DNA of 64,000 nt from Euprymna scolopes (taxonomy: Eukaryota): NCBI GenBank assembly GCA_053919585.1, contig CM132806.1; one strand, given 5' to 3'. Of this stretch, positions 48,790-62,227 are shown piece by piece. The notes below the pieces were generated by a model, which saw only the letters and a list, made by a program, of their open reading frames with translations, ran no database searches and was not told the DNA's origin. Positions within the stretch are counted from its first letter, which is position 1. Each line of letters begins with the position of its first letter. The position numbers were made by a program, and so were the translations under genes.

Positions 48790-51700
48790 TTTGTTCTTGT
48801 TCATCTGTACTACCGCCATTAACAGAATTAAGGCCTTAGCTGGACCTAAATCTTTTTCTAAATATGGGACCACGCATTCATTTTCCAGCTATAACTTCAG
48901 TTCTTTTTCATATTCGACTCGCGTAGGCTTTGCCATTGGGTGCATTGATATTCGATTCTTTAGTTGCTCTAGTATTCGTCCTCTCATCGATTTCCACAAG
49001 GGCGTAGTCAGGCGCATTGATTTTGGTCACAGCACACCAGGATATGTTCTTTGTAAGGAAGTGAACCACAACAGATTCAGTCAGATATACCCCTTTCCCC
49101 AACTACTTGAAGATGTCAGATCACAGTAAAAGGTCAAAGCCTAACAGTTTTATTTCGAGGATTAAGACCTCCAGGTGCAAAGGGCACAAACTGCTCACTG
49201 TAAGCTTAACTTGGATGGTCAACCCTCCTTAGTCTTGTCTCCAAGATATATAAATGCTAAGCTTAGTGTAAACACCCAACTCACCATAGCCAGAGGTGGT
49301 CGCAGGTATGGATCGGTTCTCAGTGAAAAACTCACCGGGTAGGCGAAGGAAGTTCCAAAAACGATTTCAGTTGGTGTAGTATTCAAGTTTTCTTTAATAA
49401 TAGACTAAAGTACCAAGAGAACAAGTGGTAAATGTTCATTTCATTTATACAGTTTGGGTTGGCCAGATAGGGTAGCCTTAAGCGTTCCACCATGCCATTA
49501 GGGCAAGAGTGATAGGCAGTAGACACAATGTGTGAAATTCTAAAAGATCGACAAAAGTCCCAGGAAGTATGTGAGGAAATCTGTGAACCTCTGTCGGTAG
49601 TAACAGTGGTGGGCACACTGAAAATAGAGATTCAATTCTCCATGAATAAACGGGCTACAGATTCAGAGGAAATGTCCTGCAAGGAAACGGCCACTGGCCA
49701 ACAAGTAGAACAATTTATCATAGTGAAGATGTAATTATGAGCAGCAGCAGCAGATAAAATATGCAAAAAATGAGCGTCGGGTCTAGGAAAGTTGCCGTGG
49801 GTGTGACAATGTATTTTTGTTGTCTGAGTCCATTGGCATATATCTACATTTATATTAAGTCAAAAATAATGGGCTCTTCACTGTTGCACGCTTGACAGGG
49901 TGCATTAAGTTATGAAAATGCAAAAAAACATTTTTTCCTTTCTTTGGTATCAGATGTGTAAAAAATGTCTCGCACAAGATGAACTTGTTCGAAAATGAAA
50001 TTCGTATTTTCTTCAGCAGAATAGTGGAAGTACACATAAATTCGATCAAGAAGGTATCACTTGCCTGTTCAGAAGCAATATAGTCATAATCCAGTGGTTG
50101 ATCAAGACTGTTAAGATCAAAAACGGGAGAGAATATCAGCCACAATATTCGATTCACCAGCTAAATACTGGACATCCACAGAAAATTGTGTAACAAAATC
50201 CATCTGTCATAGTTCTCTTGGAGTATGGTTCCCTGAAATGGGTGATGTAAGGGCAGCAATTTAAGGCTTATGATCCATAAAAATAGTGAATTTCCTCCCT
50301 TCCAACATACAAAAATGTTTACTGCTAAACACATAGTGCTACAAAGACATATTTATACTGACGAGTGCTCAACTTAGCAGAAAAGAAAGACAGCCCCAAT
50401 GGTGACATCAGAAGCATCCGTCAAAAGAAAAAGGTTAGTCATTGGGTTAGGATTGATGAAAGAAAATTTTGTGAAATGCACCAATGCTGTTTTGGGGGCA
50501 TGAAAACTGTCAAGGCTTCATCTATGAGAGACAAGTTTTTCTTTCACGTACAAAGTGAGTCTAATAGTTTGGAAAGGTAATTAAAAAATTTAGAGATAAA
50601 ACAGCAGTAATTGTTTACGAATCTAATATAACAGCATAGTTGCTGCAAAGAGGTGGGTACTGGAAAATCTTGAGCACTTGCACTTTCGAAGGTAAGGGCA
50701 TGTTCAGATTCGTCAATTAGGGGTCCAAGGAAATTTAGAGAGTTAACACTGAATTCACACTTTGCAACATTAATTTTTAATCCAAAGGATTATAAATGTC
50801 AGAAGACTTCAGTCACATGAATCAAATGTGCTTCTTGTGAGGAGCTTGTGATCAGGAATTCATTGATGTGCACAAAAGCAAAGGGTAATCCACGAAGGCT
50901 ATCATCAATGAACCTTTGGAATTCCTGGGCAGCATTATGCAACCCAAAAGGTAGGCGTTTAAACTTGTATAATCCAAAAAGAGTATAAATTGCAGTTTTA
51001 AGAATGTCTTCCTTGGCAACGGGTATCTGGTTGTAAGCACGGATTAACTCTACCTGAGAAAAGATGGTAGAGCCTGACAGCAAAAAGGAAATGTCATGCA
51101 AATTCAGAATCAGCAGCTGCATTGAGGGCATGGTAATTACTCCACAATCTCCAGTCTCCTTCTGATTTCTTGAGTACCATGTGAAGCAGGAATGACCAAG
51201 AGGGTCGTATTTTAGTGAGATTCATCATGTGCTAAAATTCCGAGCGGGCTAGAGCCAGTTTTTCTGGACACAGTTGTTGAGGTTTGGTGTGCACCAGACA
51301 CCACAAGTTGTGATATGATGGCACATATGGTGTTTAATATTCTCTGAGTGAGAAAATGGCTGGGTGAGTTCAAGAAAATTATTTTAACAGATTGGTAAAA
51401 ACTGTATTGGATGGAGTAGCTATGCAAATTCTTGGTGTATCACATGAAAGTATTCTGCAATGGACAAAAAGAGATGTCTTTGAGACACAGCTTTTTAGCT
51501 TGAGTTGGATAGCCTATAGGTGTTTCTTGGTGCTGATGGTTTTGCTCAGGTCGTTATCCCTACCTCAGGTTATTTACTTCCTTCTAACCCATACCACTTA
51601 TTTTCATGTCCAAATTAGCTACTGCAACTGCATCTCAGCCGTGCCAATCACTTGTGTTTTTCAATTACCTGACCATTCTATCAGTTGATCTCCAGCATAA
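48790..51700 (-). mobile_element. Decayed CsRn1/Kabuki-like Gypsy pol
   Basis: RT IFSQVELIRAYNQIPVAKEDILKTAI..LPFGLHNAAQEFQRFID (50799-51131); integrase TTDRGSQ..STAYH..NGMVER (49383-49616). Confidence 0.82.
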
Positions 51701-52066
51701 TAGCACTCATCTCTTTAACTACTTTAAATTTTTGAGCAAACAAAAAATAAGTCTCTTCCAAATCTAGAAGTGTAATTGTTGATGTTTAATTTTCAGAAAC
51801 AGCTCCAAAATTCTTATTCAATCACAAAGTGACTCAATGAACATTTGTATTCGTTAAAAAATACTTAATGTAATAAAAATCACTGCGTATTCTATTTTTG
51901 TTTTTTTTTTTATATACACTAAATTTTAAATAAAACTACAATTACCGTTTTTGTAAAAGAAATTGATTTTTTGGATAAAAAGTTAGAAAATTAAGCTAAA
52001 AATTACAGAATTTTGTCAAAATATTTTCAATTTTTCTTAACAAATTTCATAAATTCCTTCCAAAAT

Positions 52067-52199
52067 NNNNNNNNNNNNNNNNNNNNNNNNNNNNNNNNNN
52101 NNNNNNNNNNNNNNNNNNNNNNNNNNNNNNNNNNNNNNNNNNNNNNNNNNNNNNNNNNNNNNNNNNNNNNNNNNNNNNNNNNNNNNNNNNNNNNNNNNN
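52067..52199. other. Assembly gap (N run)
   Basis: Run of n. Confidence 1.
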
Positions 52200-53149
52200 A
52201 ATTGAATCCATTTTGTGACTCTTGGCTCCTTTTTTCATGAAAGATGGATAAATTTCTTGTGAAAAACTGCCATTTTTTTTAGAATTTTTCTATAATTTTC
52301 AGAAAATTAGTATATTTTATGACTGGAATTCTTCATTCTAAGATAAAAAAAGTTTTTCTTGTGCATTAATTATCCTTGCCTCTCATATGTTTCATTTTTT
52401 ATATCCATTTGCCTTTGTGATGATACATAATTGCTCCTAGACCTACAACTAACCTAAAGTCCGAGTGGAAAGCTTCCTCCTCCTATAAAGACCCTCTTAA
52501 AACCACATAATTGTCTAAAAAACACAATTTATTTTCCATAAAAGATGGTTAACTGCCCTAAAACGTTAGAATGACATTAAAATGTCAGATTAATTTATAT
52601 TAAATTTTTATATTAAATTGATATTTTTTTTAATTTCTGACAAGTTTTTTAGTGTGTCAATATTGAATTGCCTAAAATAGAATCACATTTGGGGAAGCAG
52701 GTGAAGGCGATTTAGCAGATCTTAATGTAAAATAATACTAAAGAAACCTTGCAATATATTCATTTCGAAACAGTCATAATATTAGATTTAATTTTGTATT
52801 TTAACTAAGATATAGCATTTTTACTATAAAAAATGTAATGTAAAAAATGTGGCAAAGCATGTATAGTCTTAAAGAGGGACAATATCCAGACATAGGCTCA
52901 AAAATGGTGATAACTTCCTTATTTGGGTCAGATTTTTTAAAAAAAAAGTAAGATTCTTTCTTAGATCAGAAAGCTCTGTCTATATCTACCATTCTTGAGA
53001 TGTTTTAAGCAATTTCAATTTTTTCTATGTGTATTGCTAATTCAAAGCAACAAAGGCCGAATTCAACAGCTCAAAAGATAAGCATAAGAAGAACTAGTTG
53101 GATGAATGTCAACATGTTTGGTGTTGATGTTGGAACATAATGAGTGTAA

Positions 53150-53950
53150 GAAAAGAAGAAAACGTGATAGATTCTAATGGTTTTCAAAGAAATACATTTT
53201 CCTATCACCTATGAGATTCTAGAAGGAGTGGCAGAATAAACTGTAATGTGTCATCGCACCTTTGTTAGAGAATAATAAATTTGATACAGTTCAGTGCAAA
53301 GAAGTTGATAAAATGATTGTCAAGTGTGTAATAAAGATTCTAGTGTTGAAGAGGAGTAGCTCAAGTGATATGGAGGGAAAAGTTTTTGAAATGATTTTCA
53401 AACAGGATTGTGATGGAGCAGGTCAACTAGTAGAAGTGAAAGAGAAAATGTTGACTACCAACCATGGATTAAGAAGTCAGATCCTCCAGAGAAAGTGTAC
53501 TTGACATAATTTAAGAGAAGACTACTGGTCTGTATGTAGACAGATGCAATACTGGTGGTGGAAAAGGTGGAATATCAACAAATGGCCCTCTTTGTAGAGG
53601 TTATTGAATGCATATATGATTTGACTTCTAAAGAGAACTTGTTGCTTTTGCAGCAATTCTTTATCTTGTATCTTTATTAAAAAAGGTTAAGATAAAAGAA
53701 CTTTGCTAAAGTTCAGTGAGGAACGTGTGAGAACTTTAAAAAGGTGAAGCTAAATGGGATACTTCATCATTCTGTTGAATTGATGAGTATGGACAATAAC
53801 CGGATTAGGGACCTTGTCAGTGAATGTTTGGAATCTAATAATGAAAACATAATTATTTACAATTCCTTTCAAAGAAAGCTTTACCTATTGAACAACTCCC
53901 TGATGTTGTGTATAGATTACTTAAACGTTTTAATCCTGGTATTGTGAAAA
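53150..53950 (+). pseudogene. Second, decayed RAG1/Transib-like transposase relic
   Basis: FKQDCDGAGQ (first catalytic Asp, codon 53412), GGGKGGISTNGP (about 53554-53589) and GILHHSVELM..SECLESNN (about 53756-53842) occur in the expected order. Confidence 0.7.
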
Positions 53951-55288
53951 AAGTACTTTACTGAATGTGGTGCAAATGATCATACAATTGAATCTCATGC
54001 AAGGCTTTTCAATCTACCAAATAAATTTTTTCAGTTACTTTAAAGATATATAGTGCTTGATTACTAAATAGTTACAATTTATATCCTTTAATTCGTTAAT
54101 AATATTTCTCTATATATTCTTATTGAATATTCATGAATCTCTTCTAGTGTTTATAACTGATTGTGTAATGTTGTCCGCAGTTTCAGTCGCAAAAGAAAAT
54201 TAAGATAAAGGATAGGAAATAACTCCAACTCATTTGTTGTTTGTAGTAACAACATTTATTTCCTCATTCTCTCTTTACCACTGTAATGTCCCTAACATGA
54301 TCATCTTCTCAAGCATCCTTCATGCCTCGTACAAAATCGCAAACATTATTTATGTTTACCCTGCGGTCATTCTTTCTCCTTTTTATAATCTTCCTTTCTC
54401 TCCACTGATGACGTCACTTTACATTTATTTACGTATATGCATCTGCGCTATGTTATAATTGTAGATTTTTTTTATTTTGGTCACATTAGTATTTATAAAT
54501 ATGATTGAATATAATTAATTCCAAGTATAGTATTGAAAATATTTAATTCTCACAGAATAACTTCTATAATTCTGTTTACTGAGAAAATTTTCAATGAAGG
54601 TGTTCATTGTTTTACAAAAGAACACTTCAGGAAATTATGATTTTGGTTAAATATTTAATTATTAATGAAATTTATTAAATTTCTTGACTACTGCATTCAG
54701 TTTTTTAACATAGCAACGTCTAAAGAGAACATTCTTTTGAAAATTATCAGAAAATCGGAAATTTATGCCAATTGAATTGTAAATAAAGACTTAATTTATT
54801 TTTTATTTACAGATGTTCCTGCTTTAAAACATTTCATAGATTTGGATGGATCGTCATTTCCTTGTGATTTACTTTGTATTTTCTAATGTTGAATACAAAA
54901 GTGAAATTTATTGTAAAAGTATTTTCTCTGGATTATGTGTTTCAAGAAACGATTTCTAAATAATAAAAAAATATCACATGCTGAATACAAGGATTTTTTT
55001 TTAAACCAGCTGAGTTTTGTTGAACTTTGTTTACAGGAATGTCTACTTTAAAATGATATATGAATTTAGACTTGAGAAAGAAATTATAGTAATCTGTTTA
55101 TGAACATTTTTATACCCAATGAATATTTCCATGAACTTGAATTGTTTAAGGTGAATCATATAGGATCACATTCAAATAAAGCAATGAAGTAAATAAATTA
55201 ATTTTAAAGACATAAGAAATCATAACAGAAAATAAATATTTTATCTGGTGATTTATCAATTCCAAGAAATTCCAACCAAAACAAAATA

Positions 55289-55810
55289 ATGGAAACGCAT
55301 ATAAAACAGAAGTCGTATTCTTGTAATGTGTGTGATCATTCTTTTTCTTATAAATCAAATTTAGTCAGACATATGCGAACTCACAGTGGTGAAAAGCCAT
55401 ATTCTTGTAATGTATGTGACTATTCTTTTTCTCGTGAATCACATTTAGTCAGACATATTAAAACACATACTGGAGAGAAGCCATATCCTTGTAACGTGTG
55501 TGATTATTCTTGTTCTCGCAAATCAAGTTTAGTTATACATATGCGAAAACACTCTGGCGAAAAGCCATATTCTTGTAACGTTTGTGATTATTCGTTTTCT
55601 TATAAATCAAGTTTAATCACCCATATTCAAACACACACTGGAGAGAAGCCATATTCTTGTGAAATATGTGAATATTCTTGCTCTCTTAAATCAAGTTTAG
55701 TTGTACATATGCGAACACACAGTGGTGAAAAGCCATATTCTTGTAATGTGTGTGATTATTCTTGTGCTTCTAATTCAAGGATAGCAAGACATATGCGAAT
55801 ACACAGGTGA
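55289..55810 (+). CDS. Tandem C2H2 zinc-finger protein, six intact fingers (may be a terminal exon or a pseudogene)
   Basis: Six CxxC-x12-HxxxH units with H(T/S)GEKPY linkers; a possible splice acceptor lies upstream at about 54812. Confidence 0.85.
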   Translation: METHIKQKSYSCNVCDHSFSYKSNLVRHMRTHSGEKPYSCNVCDYSFSRESHLVRHIKTHTGEKPYPCNVCDYSCSRKSSLVIHMRKHSGEKPYSCNVCDYSFSYKSSLITHIQTHTGEKPYSCEICEYSCSLKSSLVVHMRTHSGEKPYSCNVCDYSCASNSRIARHMRIHR

Positions 55811-56158
55811 AAAGCAATATTCTCGTAATATATGTGAATATTCTTGTTCTCAGGTGTTGCACAAACTTGAAAAGACCTTGAATTTTGATATTTGCCTTGA
55901 AAAAGCTTTAATTCTATTATTTCCTTGAAAAGTCCTTGAAAATATGGAAAATGTTTTAAAAAGCCTTGAAAATCATATTCTTTGCCCAGTAAGAATTTGT
56001 ATTGAAATATTAAAAATAAAATAAAAAATATTATTAAATTATTTTTTAAGTATTAATAGAAAATACCATTAAAATATTATTTAAATACTTAAAATAAAAT
56101 CGAAATATGTTGCTTTGAAATTGTGTCACATTATTGTGAAGCTATTTCCCTTTATTAT

Positions 56159-56321
56159 GAAATTTGTTTTTACTTTTAAATTTTGAATTTCCAGTATCGT
56201 GGATACAAGAGTTATGTCCCTTTATCACAAAACTACTTGATCAGGTAGTTTCGTGATAAAGGGATGCTACTTTTTGTATCCGCAATACTGAAAATTCAAA
56301 ATTTTAAAATAAAACAAATTC
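56159..56321. repeat. About 160-bp loopless imperfect palindrome
   Basis: Centre at TGA|TCA (56240/56241); the arms pair outward to AATTTGTTTT / AAAACAAATT. Confidence 0.88.
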
Positions 56322-57404
56322 AGCATAGACCAATCCACAATGGGGAAAATAACAATATTTAATCATGCTTGATTGGCCAAATATAAGTGAGTGAGGGAAT
56401 GTAAATATGATTATTGTGTATATCAAAAGATGTTTGTTTTGAGCAAAATGAGTGAAAGTGTGTTAAAATCGCACATGGCTGGCATTAAACACAAAATGAA
56501 TGAACGCATGTGTCAGGAATTAACACTCAAATTGACAAGTTACAATTTTGTTCCGAAACCATCAATTTCAACTGGCAACCCCAAATCAATGTATGAAATT
56601 TCAGCCCTGTCACAAACTAGAACTTCAGATGGAAGCTACAAACTAACTCTATTTTTGGATTTTGCTTCAAATAATGACACGTTTTGAGCAGAGATTTTGT
56701 AGACATTGAAAACTGTAAATGACCACGCATCGTATTGGTCAAATGAATATGTTGGAAATGTATTACAGTTGATGTTCTTTGATAGTGCAATTGCTCTTAA
56801 GTTTGTGTGTGGCGAAAAGAAAACAGCATATTTGTGTGTATTTGGAATGCACCCTATTTATTCTTAAAACAATATAGAGTCAAATTAAAGGAAAATGCTG
56901 TTTATGATTTGATGAAAGTTTTAATAAAAAGTGCCAGAAAAACAAATGGATATCCACATGAGATAGTGGACCCTAGAAAACAAAGTTGTGTCTGACTATT
57001 TTGGATCACAGTTTTTAGGTAAGTTAAGTTTAACTTTTTTCAAATGTTTATAATGTCAATTTAATTATGGCAATATGAACACAAAAAATAAATTCAATTA
57101 CATGTAAATAAAAATAATCCAAATTTAATTTTGTAATTTAAAATAAATTTTATTTGTAAATATTTAAAATCTTCAGTCTTTTTTTGTGCTTATACACTTA
57201 TGTTACTATGTTATTTCTTTAATCTTATTTCCAAGTTAAATTTGAGTTTTACAATATCTTTTTATATTGTTAGGTGAAAGTACAGAATAGTTAAAACAAT
57301 TCCCTCCTCCCCATGTTAAGAATGGCTTTATAAATAATAACATCATTTCAGCACAGTAACTTTTTTTATAATCCAAAAGAAATTCAACCTACATGCATAC
57401 AAAA

Positions 57405-58760
57405 AAGGAAGTGGGGATTTAGCAGAGAAGCCAATAAACTGAAAAAAAGGGTAAAAAATTCAAGTATATATAATCAATAAATGTTACGACACTCAATAAA
57501 AGTTACTTTTACATCTAGCTCATTTCTGTTGTCTTTATGTATTTTTTTAATGTTATTTATTTGATCTAAAAACAATTTAGTTTTTACAAGCAGATTTAAA
57601 ACAATATAGCAATGGTGTCACCTTTTTGTTGGGAAAGAAAGCCTCATTTTGAAATTTGTGATTTCTATGAAAGTTTTTTTTGGGGGAGGGGGGGGGTACA
57701 ATACACATTGGTACAAAAGAATGGTCAAAAAACAATCATATAACAAATAAATGTTCCTCTTTACTTGCCTCCCCATGAGGGCAGAGTTAGACACCAAGGT
57801 CGGTTTTTAATGTGGGGGAAGGAACAATAATAAAAAAAATTGTCTCATAAAGGATTTCTCATCCACTAACCAAGACCAAAAGATTGAAGTGTAGTATCAG
57901 AACAGATATTACACTTTGATTTTGGCCTTAAGTTATGTTATCAAAGGCAAGATAAGTTACTCTTCTACCAAACTGGATAAGTTTTTAGTGGTTTTACTTA
58001 GATTAAAACGTTTATTTGGTCTGCAAAATAGTGTCGAGTTTTAGGTAGAAAAAAAAATGGCCACGAATTGACATCTAAATATTTGAAGTTTTGATAATGA
58101 TTTAAAAATAAAAATAAAAAATATTCTGTTAAAAACTCATCCAATAAATGTCACATTAGAATATATTGGGTGGGTTTCTAACAATACTTTCTATAATTTT
58201 TTTAATTTTAAGTCATTATCACAAATTCAAATATTTAGGTATCAATTTGCAGCTATTTTTCTTGTTTTCACCTAACACTCAACACTATGTTTTTTAACCT
58301 CATAAACTTTTTATAGTAAGACCACTAAAATCTTATCCAGTTAAGTGGAAGTGTATCTTGCATTTAATAACCTTTATTTGTTATATATTTGAACTTTAAC
58401 CACTTTTTCTTAACAACATATATTGTAAAACAAACCTCTTTTTCATGCATATCTTAAACACCTCCCCAAGAAAAACGCACAAGTTTCCGAGATATGCACA
58501 AAAAAGACATCATAGAAACCACAAACTACAAAGCAAGGCTTTGTTTCCAAATAAGGTGTTGCTATCACCATGTTGTTTTAAATCCGCTCATAAAAACTGA
58601 ATTTTGAGATGAAATAAAAAGCATTATAAACACAAAAAAATGAGCCAGGTACATATAATAGTAACTTTTATTGGTTGCAGTAACATTTATTCATTGTATA
58701 TTTGAACTTTTTTACCCTTTTTTTCCATTTATTGGCTTCTTTGCTAAATCCCCGATTTTT
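57405..58760. repeat. About 1.35-kb imperfect foldback centred near 58153
   Basis: Paired blocks 57412-57530/58640-58753, 57580-57620/58555-58600 and 57955-58148/58160-58360. Confidence 0.8.
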
Positions 58761-59057
58761 CCAATTTATTTTTGCAAAAAAATGATTGTCAACCTGTCCA
58801 ATTTGATATTCTATTTTAAAATTATGCACATGGGGATGAATAAGAAATTAAAATATGCCAAAATTTAATTTGTCTTTAAAAAGAGTCAAAATTATTGTGA
58901 ATAGTGCATTTTTTTCATCGCACGATTGTGCCATAATTACATGCTTAGAAATTTATAATAAAAAATAATTTTTGTAGTGATTTGAATTTTTATTATTTGG
59001 ATTTACATTTTGTAAAATTCTTAATGCATTTAATTATCTTTTGCTTATTTCAAATTG

Positions 59058-59565
59058 GTTATCTTCAAGTTTTACCTCCCTGTGTTGATAAAGCTTGAGA
59101 AAGGTTTTCTGTTGTACTGTCAGCTGGATAGTGTAGACCATAAAAATTCTCTACCAAATTTTTTCTTCCACATTTTTCATTTTTCACGTTCATATTTTTT
59201 TTATTATGAAGTTTATATTATAATAAAAAAATATATATTTTTACTTTTAATATATTTAAAAAGTAGTTTACATAAAAACATTTATTTTAATTTTTAATCA
59301 AACAACATAAAAAAATGAGATGTTTTTTATTTTTCACTTTGAAATGTTTATTTAAAATTTTATAATAAAAATATATTTATGAAATCAAGTGTTGATTTTA
59401 TTTTTTTTAATTAAACATAATAAAATTGAATTTAACCAGAATTTCAAAATGAAAAATAAAAAACAAACATGGTAAAAAAAACTTTGTGGAGATTTTTTAT
59501 AGTCTATACCAACAGAGTTGCAGAAACCCTATCTTAAGCCTTGGGGGCTAAACTTGTAAATAAGC
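59058..59565. repeat. Second imperfect inverted-repeat element in the same intron
   Basis: 59058-59185 pairs with 59452-59565. Confidence 0.6.
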
Positions 59566-60664
59566 CTATTATTTATCAAGTGTTATTTAAGTGTATTTTT
59601 CTTATTACCAATGGTTAGTTTGATCAATAAACTTCATCTGCAAAAAAATTTTGTTTGCTTTTATAAGATATTTGTTATACTACATGAAAGAACTTTGTGT
59701 AGAATAACACACACTTCATGGTATTCTATTTCAACTTATTCTACATGAAAGAACTTCATTAGAAAATCATTATGAACCGGCCATCATAGCATGTTTTTAT
59801 TAAGTTTTATGTGTTTTATTTTATAAAGTGTATTAAATCTTTTTCAGGTCATGCAACAGCAGAGAGAATGTTACAACACTTTGAAAAAGGTGTAATAGGG
59901 AGTAGACTGGATGTCAAGGATATGGAGCAAGTTAGTATATATAGATGGGTCAAATGTGAACTGGGAATTTTTTACACTGTTGAGAAAAAAAACTTAAAGA
60001 TGATTATGATTCCTCAATGATAAACATTGGATTTACAATATTCACAACTCTTTCACAAGTGGAGCCACTGCCACAGGATAGAACATTGAGTCATTTACCT
60101 CAAGTTTGTATTTCTTCTTCAAGGACTTTCCTGTATGGCTTGAAGACTACCTCAATATATCACAGACCCAACTGAAGCTACTGAAGTTTGCAAATCACAA
60201 GTGGTTGGAAAATATCCCAATATATAATAGACCACTCCTTATCTTGGATGATATTATTAAGTATGTTAAAAGTGTGGAGGAAAAGAAACTTCCCATGCTA
60301 ACCTGCAAGTCCAATGAGACAGTTTGCCAAGTGACAAAGGACAAGCTTCTGATTCCAAAGTTGCAATGTTTAAAGTCTGTTGCAAGTCACTTGCAGCTTT
60401 TCTTGAGTGTTTATCAAACTGACAGATCCATGGTGCCATTTTTGGAAGAAGACCTCTGTTAGATGGTCAGAAGATTGATGAGGTGCTACATAAGATCTGA
60501 AAGTGTACCTGTATCTGATGAGAAGTTGAGCAAAGAAGTGAGGCTCAATTAAAAGAAGATGGAACTTGGGTGCCTTATAGAAAAGAATATCAAGGAAGCT
60601 GCAAAGGATGGGGTGTTTGAGAGACAGATGCATACTTTCAGAATTAAGACTATTAAATTTCTTG

Positions 60665-61121
60665 GTTTGGTTTGGCTGTTTTACAGCATATCAACCCTTT
60701 TCAGGTTATTTAATGCTGAATCCAGTTATTTTGGAAATAATATTCATGTTGTATCCAGTTATTTTGTAGAAGGATTTTATTCTTCAAGCTCTTTGGATCT
60801 TCAATCGCTAGTTTGTGATGTTTGGTTTGCTTGTTTTATAGTGGATTTTATCATTTTTGTTCCCTGCCCTACAGAACATGAATGAGTTTGCAATGAGAGA
60901 GAGAAAAGTGTTTGGTACATTTTAAGTTAGGAAACAATCAGGAAGTGGGGGAAATGGGAAGAAGGAAAAGAGGGCGAAGGTGAGGTTTTGTTTTTGTCTT
61001 TGGTTTTGCAGAACCTAATTAAGTTTTGCAAAGGGAAGTAAAAAAAATAAAAAGCATCAATGTTAGGTGCATTTCATCTAAGGAAGCCAGTATCTTCAGA
61101 CAGCCTGATCTGGTAGCACCA
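60665..61121 (-). mobile_element. SINE or truncated non-LTR insertion in the hAT transposase
   Basis: 13-bp TSD ATTAAATTTCTTG (60652-60664 and 61122-61134); short (CCAAA)n tail on the minus strand. Confidence 0.75.
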
Positions 61122-62227
61122 ATTAAATTTCTTGACAGTGTAGTAAAGAAAATCGTACATAAAGGCCCACTATCCTATTCTCTTATCAGACAGCTGTTTT
61201 CTCTCAACCCAAAAATGATGGCCACCAAGCAGGTAGAGTAAAGAAGAATTTAAAAGTGTATTAAACATTCTTCTGCACAAAGGAAGAGGACTGTGATAGT
61301 GTCATGCAACAATATTTTGCCTTTCTTGAGAAGATACCTGTCATTGGATCCAAAAAGTTTGTTGGGTTCAACCACAGGAATGACGATGACAGGCTTGAAC
61401 TTTTCACAACTTACATGGTTGATTTTGTTACAGCAAGCTGCTTTGAGTTGTGAAGACTGTTCTGGTGCTCTCTCATGGTTAGGCTAGTATTGAGAGAGGA
61501 TTTTCCATGAACAAAGAAATAGAGGTGGAGAATATGAAAAATGAGGCTGTAGTAGCACAGAGGATCATCTGTGACCAGATGAAGATACCAGGAGGCGTCA
61601 AGTCCCAATAATGAATCCCCTTATTGTTTCATGCTTCATAGCTTGACAGAGATATGACATGTACCTAGAAAAACTAAAAGAGAAGAGAGATGAGTAAATA
61701 GACAAAAACTGAAGAGAAAGTCAGACTTTGAGCAGTAGAAAAACTGAATAATAAGAAAATGAGGATAGAAAATGACATTATGCCATTGACTTCATCAGCA
61801 GATGCCCTTGCTCTGAAGCAGAGAATTCTGGAAATTTGAATCTGTTGACAAAGTTAAATGATTTCAGAAAATCAGTCTCTAAAAAAAAACTGAACTGGCT
61901 AAGCTCAAAGAAATTCTAGAAACTAAACATGAAAAACTGAAAATAATTTATAATGACTAGATTACAATGTTGTGAACTTAAGCTGTAAATAGTTCACCAG
62001 TTTTGTTGCGCATTATGTTCATGTAAATAACTGACCTTTAAAACTACTTCATGAAATAAAGAGGTAATTGAAAATGATTTTTCTTGTTGTCAATCAAGTT
62101 TTTTAGTTTATTATATCATTGTTTTAGATGCAAATTTGTTCTCAAAATTTGAATTTTGTCTGGAGAAGGCCTTGAAAAACTTTCAAAAGTCCTTGAAAAT
62201 TGGCATTAAAAATTTGTACGAACTCTG

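Larger units (their letters stand above)
56340..61950 (+). pseudogene. hAT-like transposase, decayed, with an intron at 57019-59847
   Basis: BED-like N-terminus (..SHMAGIKH), FDES, FGSQFLG|HATA joined across GT..AG, DGSNVNW, KWLEN. Confidence 0.8.
55851..62227 (+). mobile_element. hAT-like DNA transposon with a 5-bp TSD, inserted in the zinc-finger array
   Basis: Degenerate TIRs CAGGTGTTGCACAAA / CAGAGTTCGTACAAA, subterminal CCTTGAAAA repeats at both ends, TSD GTTCT (55846-55850 and 62228-62232). Confidence 0.85.

Noticed and set aside
54409-54416. TGACGTCA (CRE) upstream of the zinc-finger ORF
   Set aside because: A single 8-mer with no TSS evidence.
44000-54500. RAG2-like partner gene near the RAG1-like ORF
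   Set aside because: No kelch-repeat or PHD-like ORF inside the TIRs or nearby; the flanks are Gypsy remnants.
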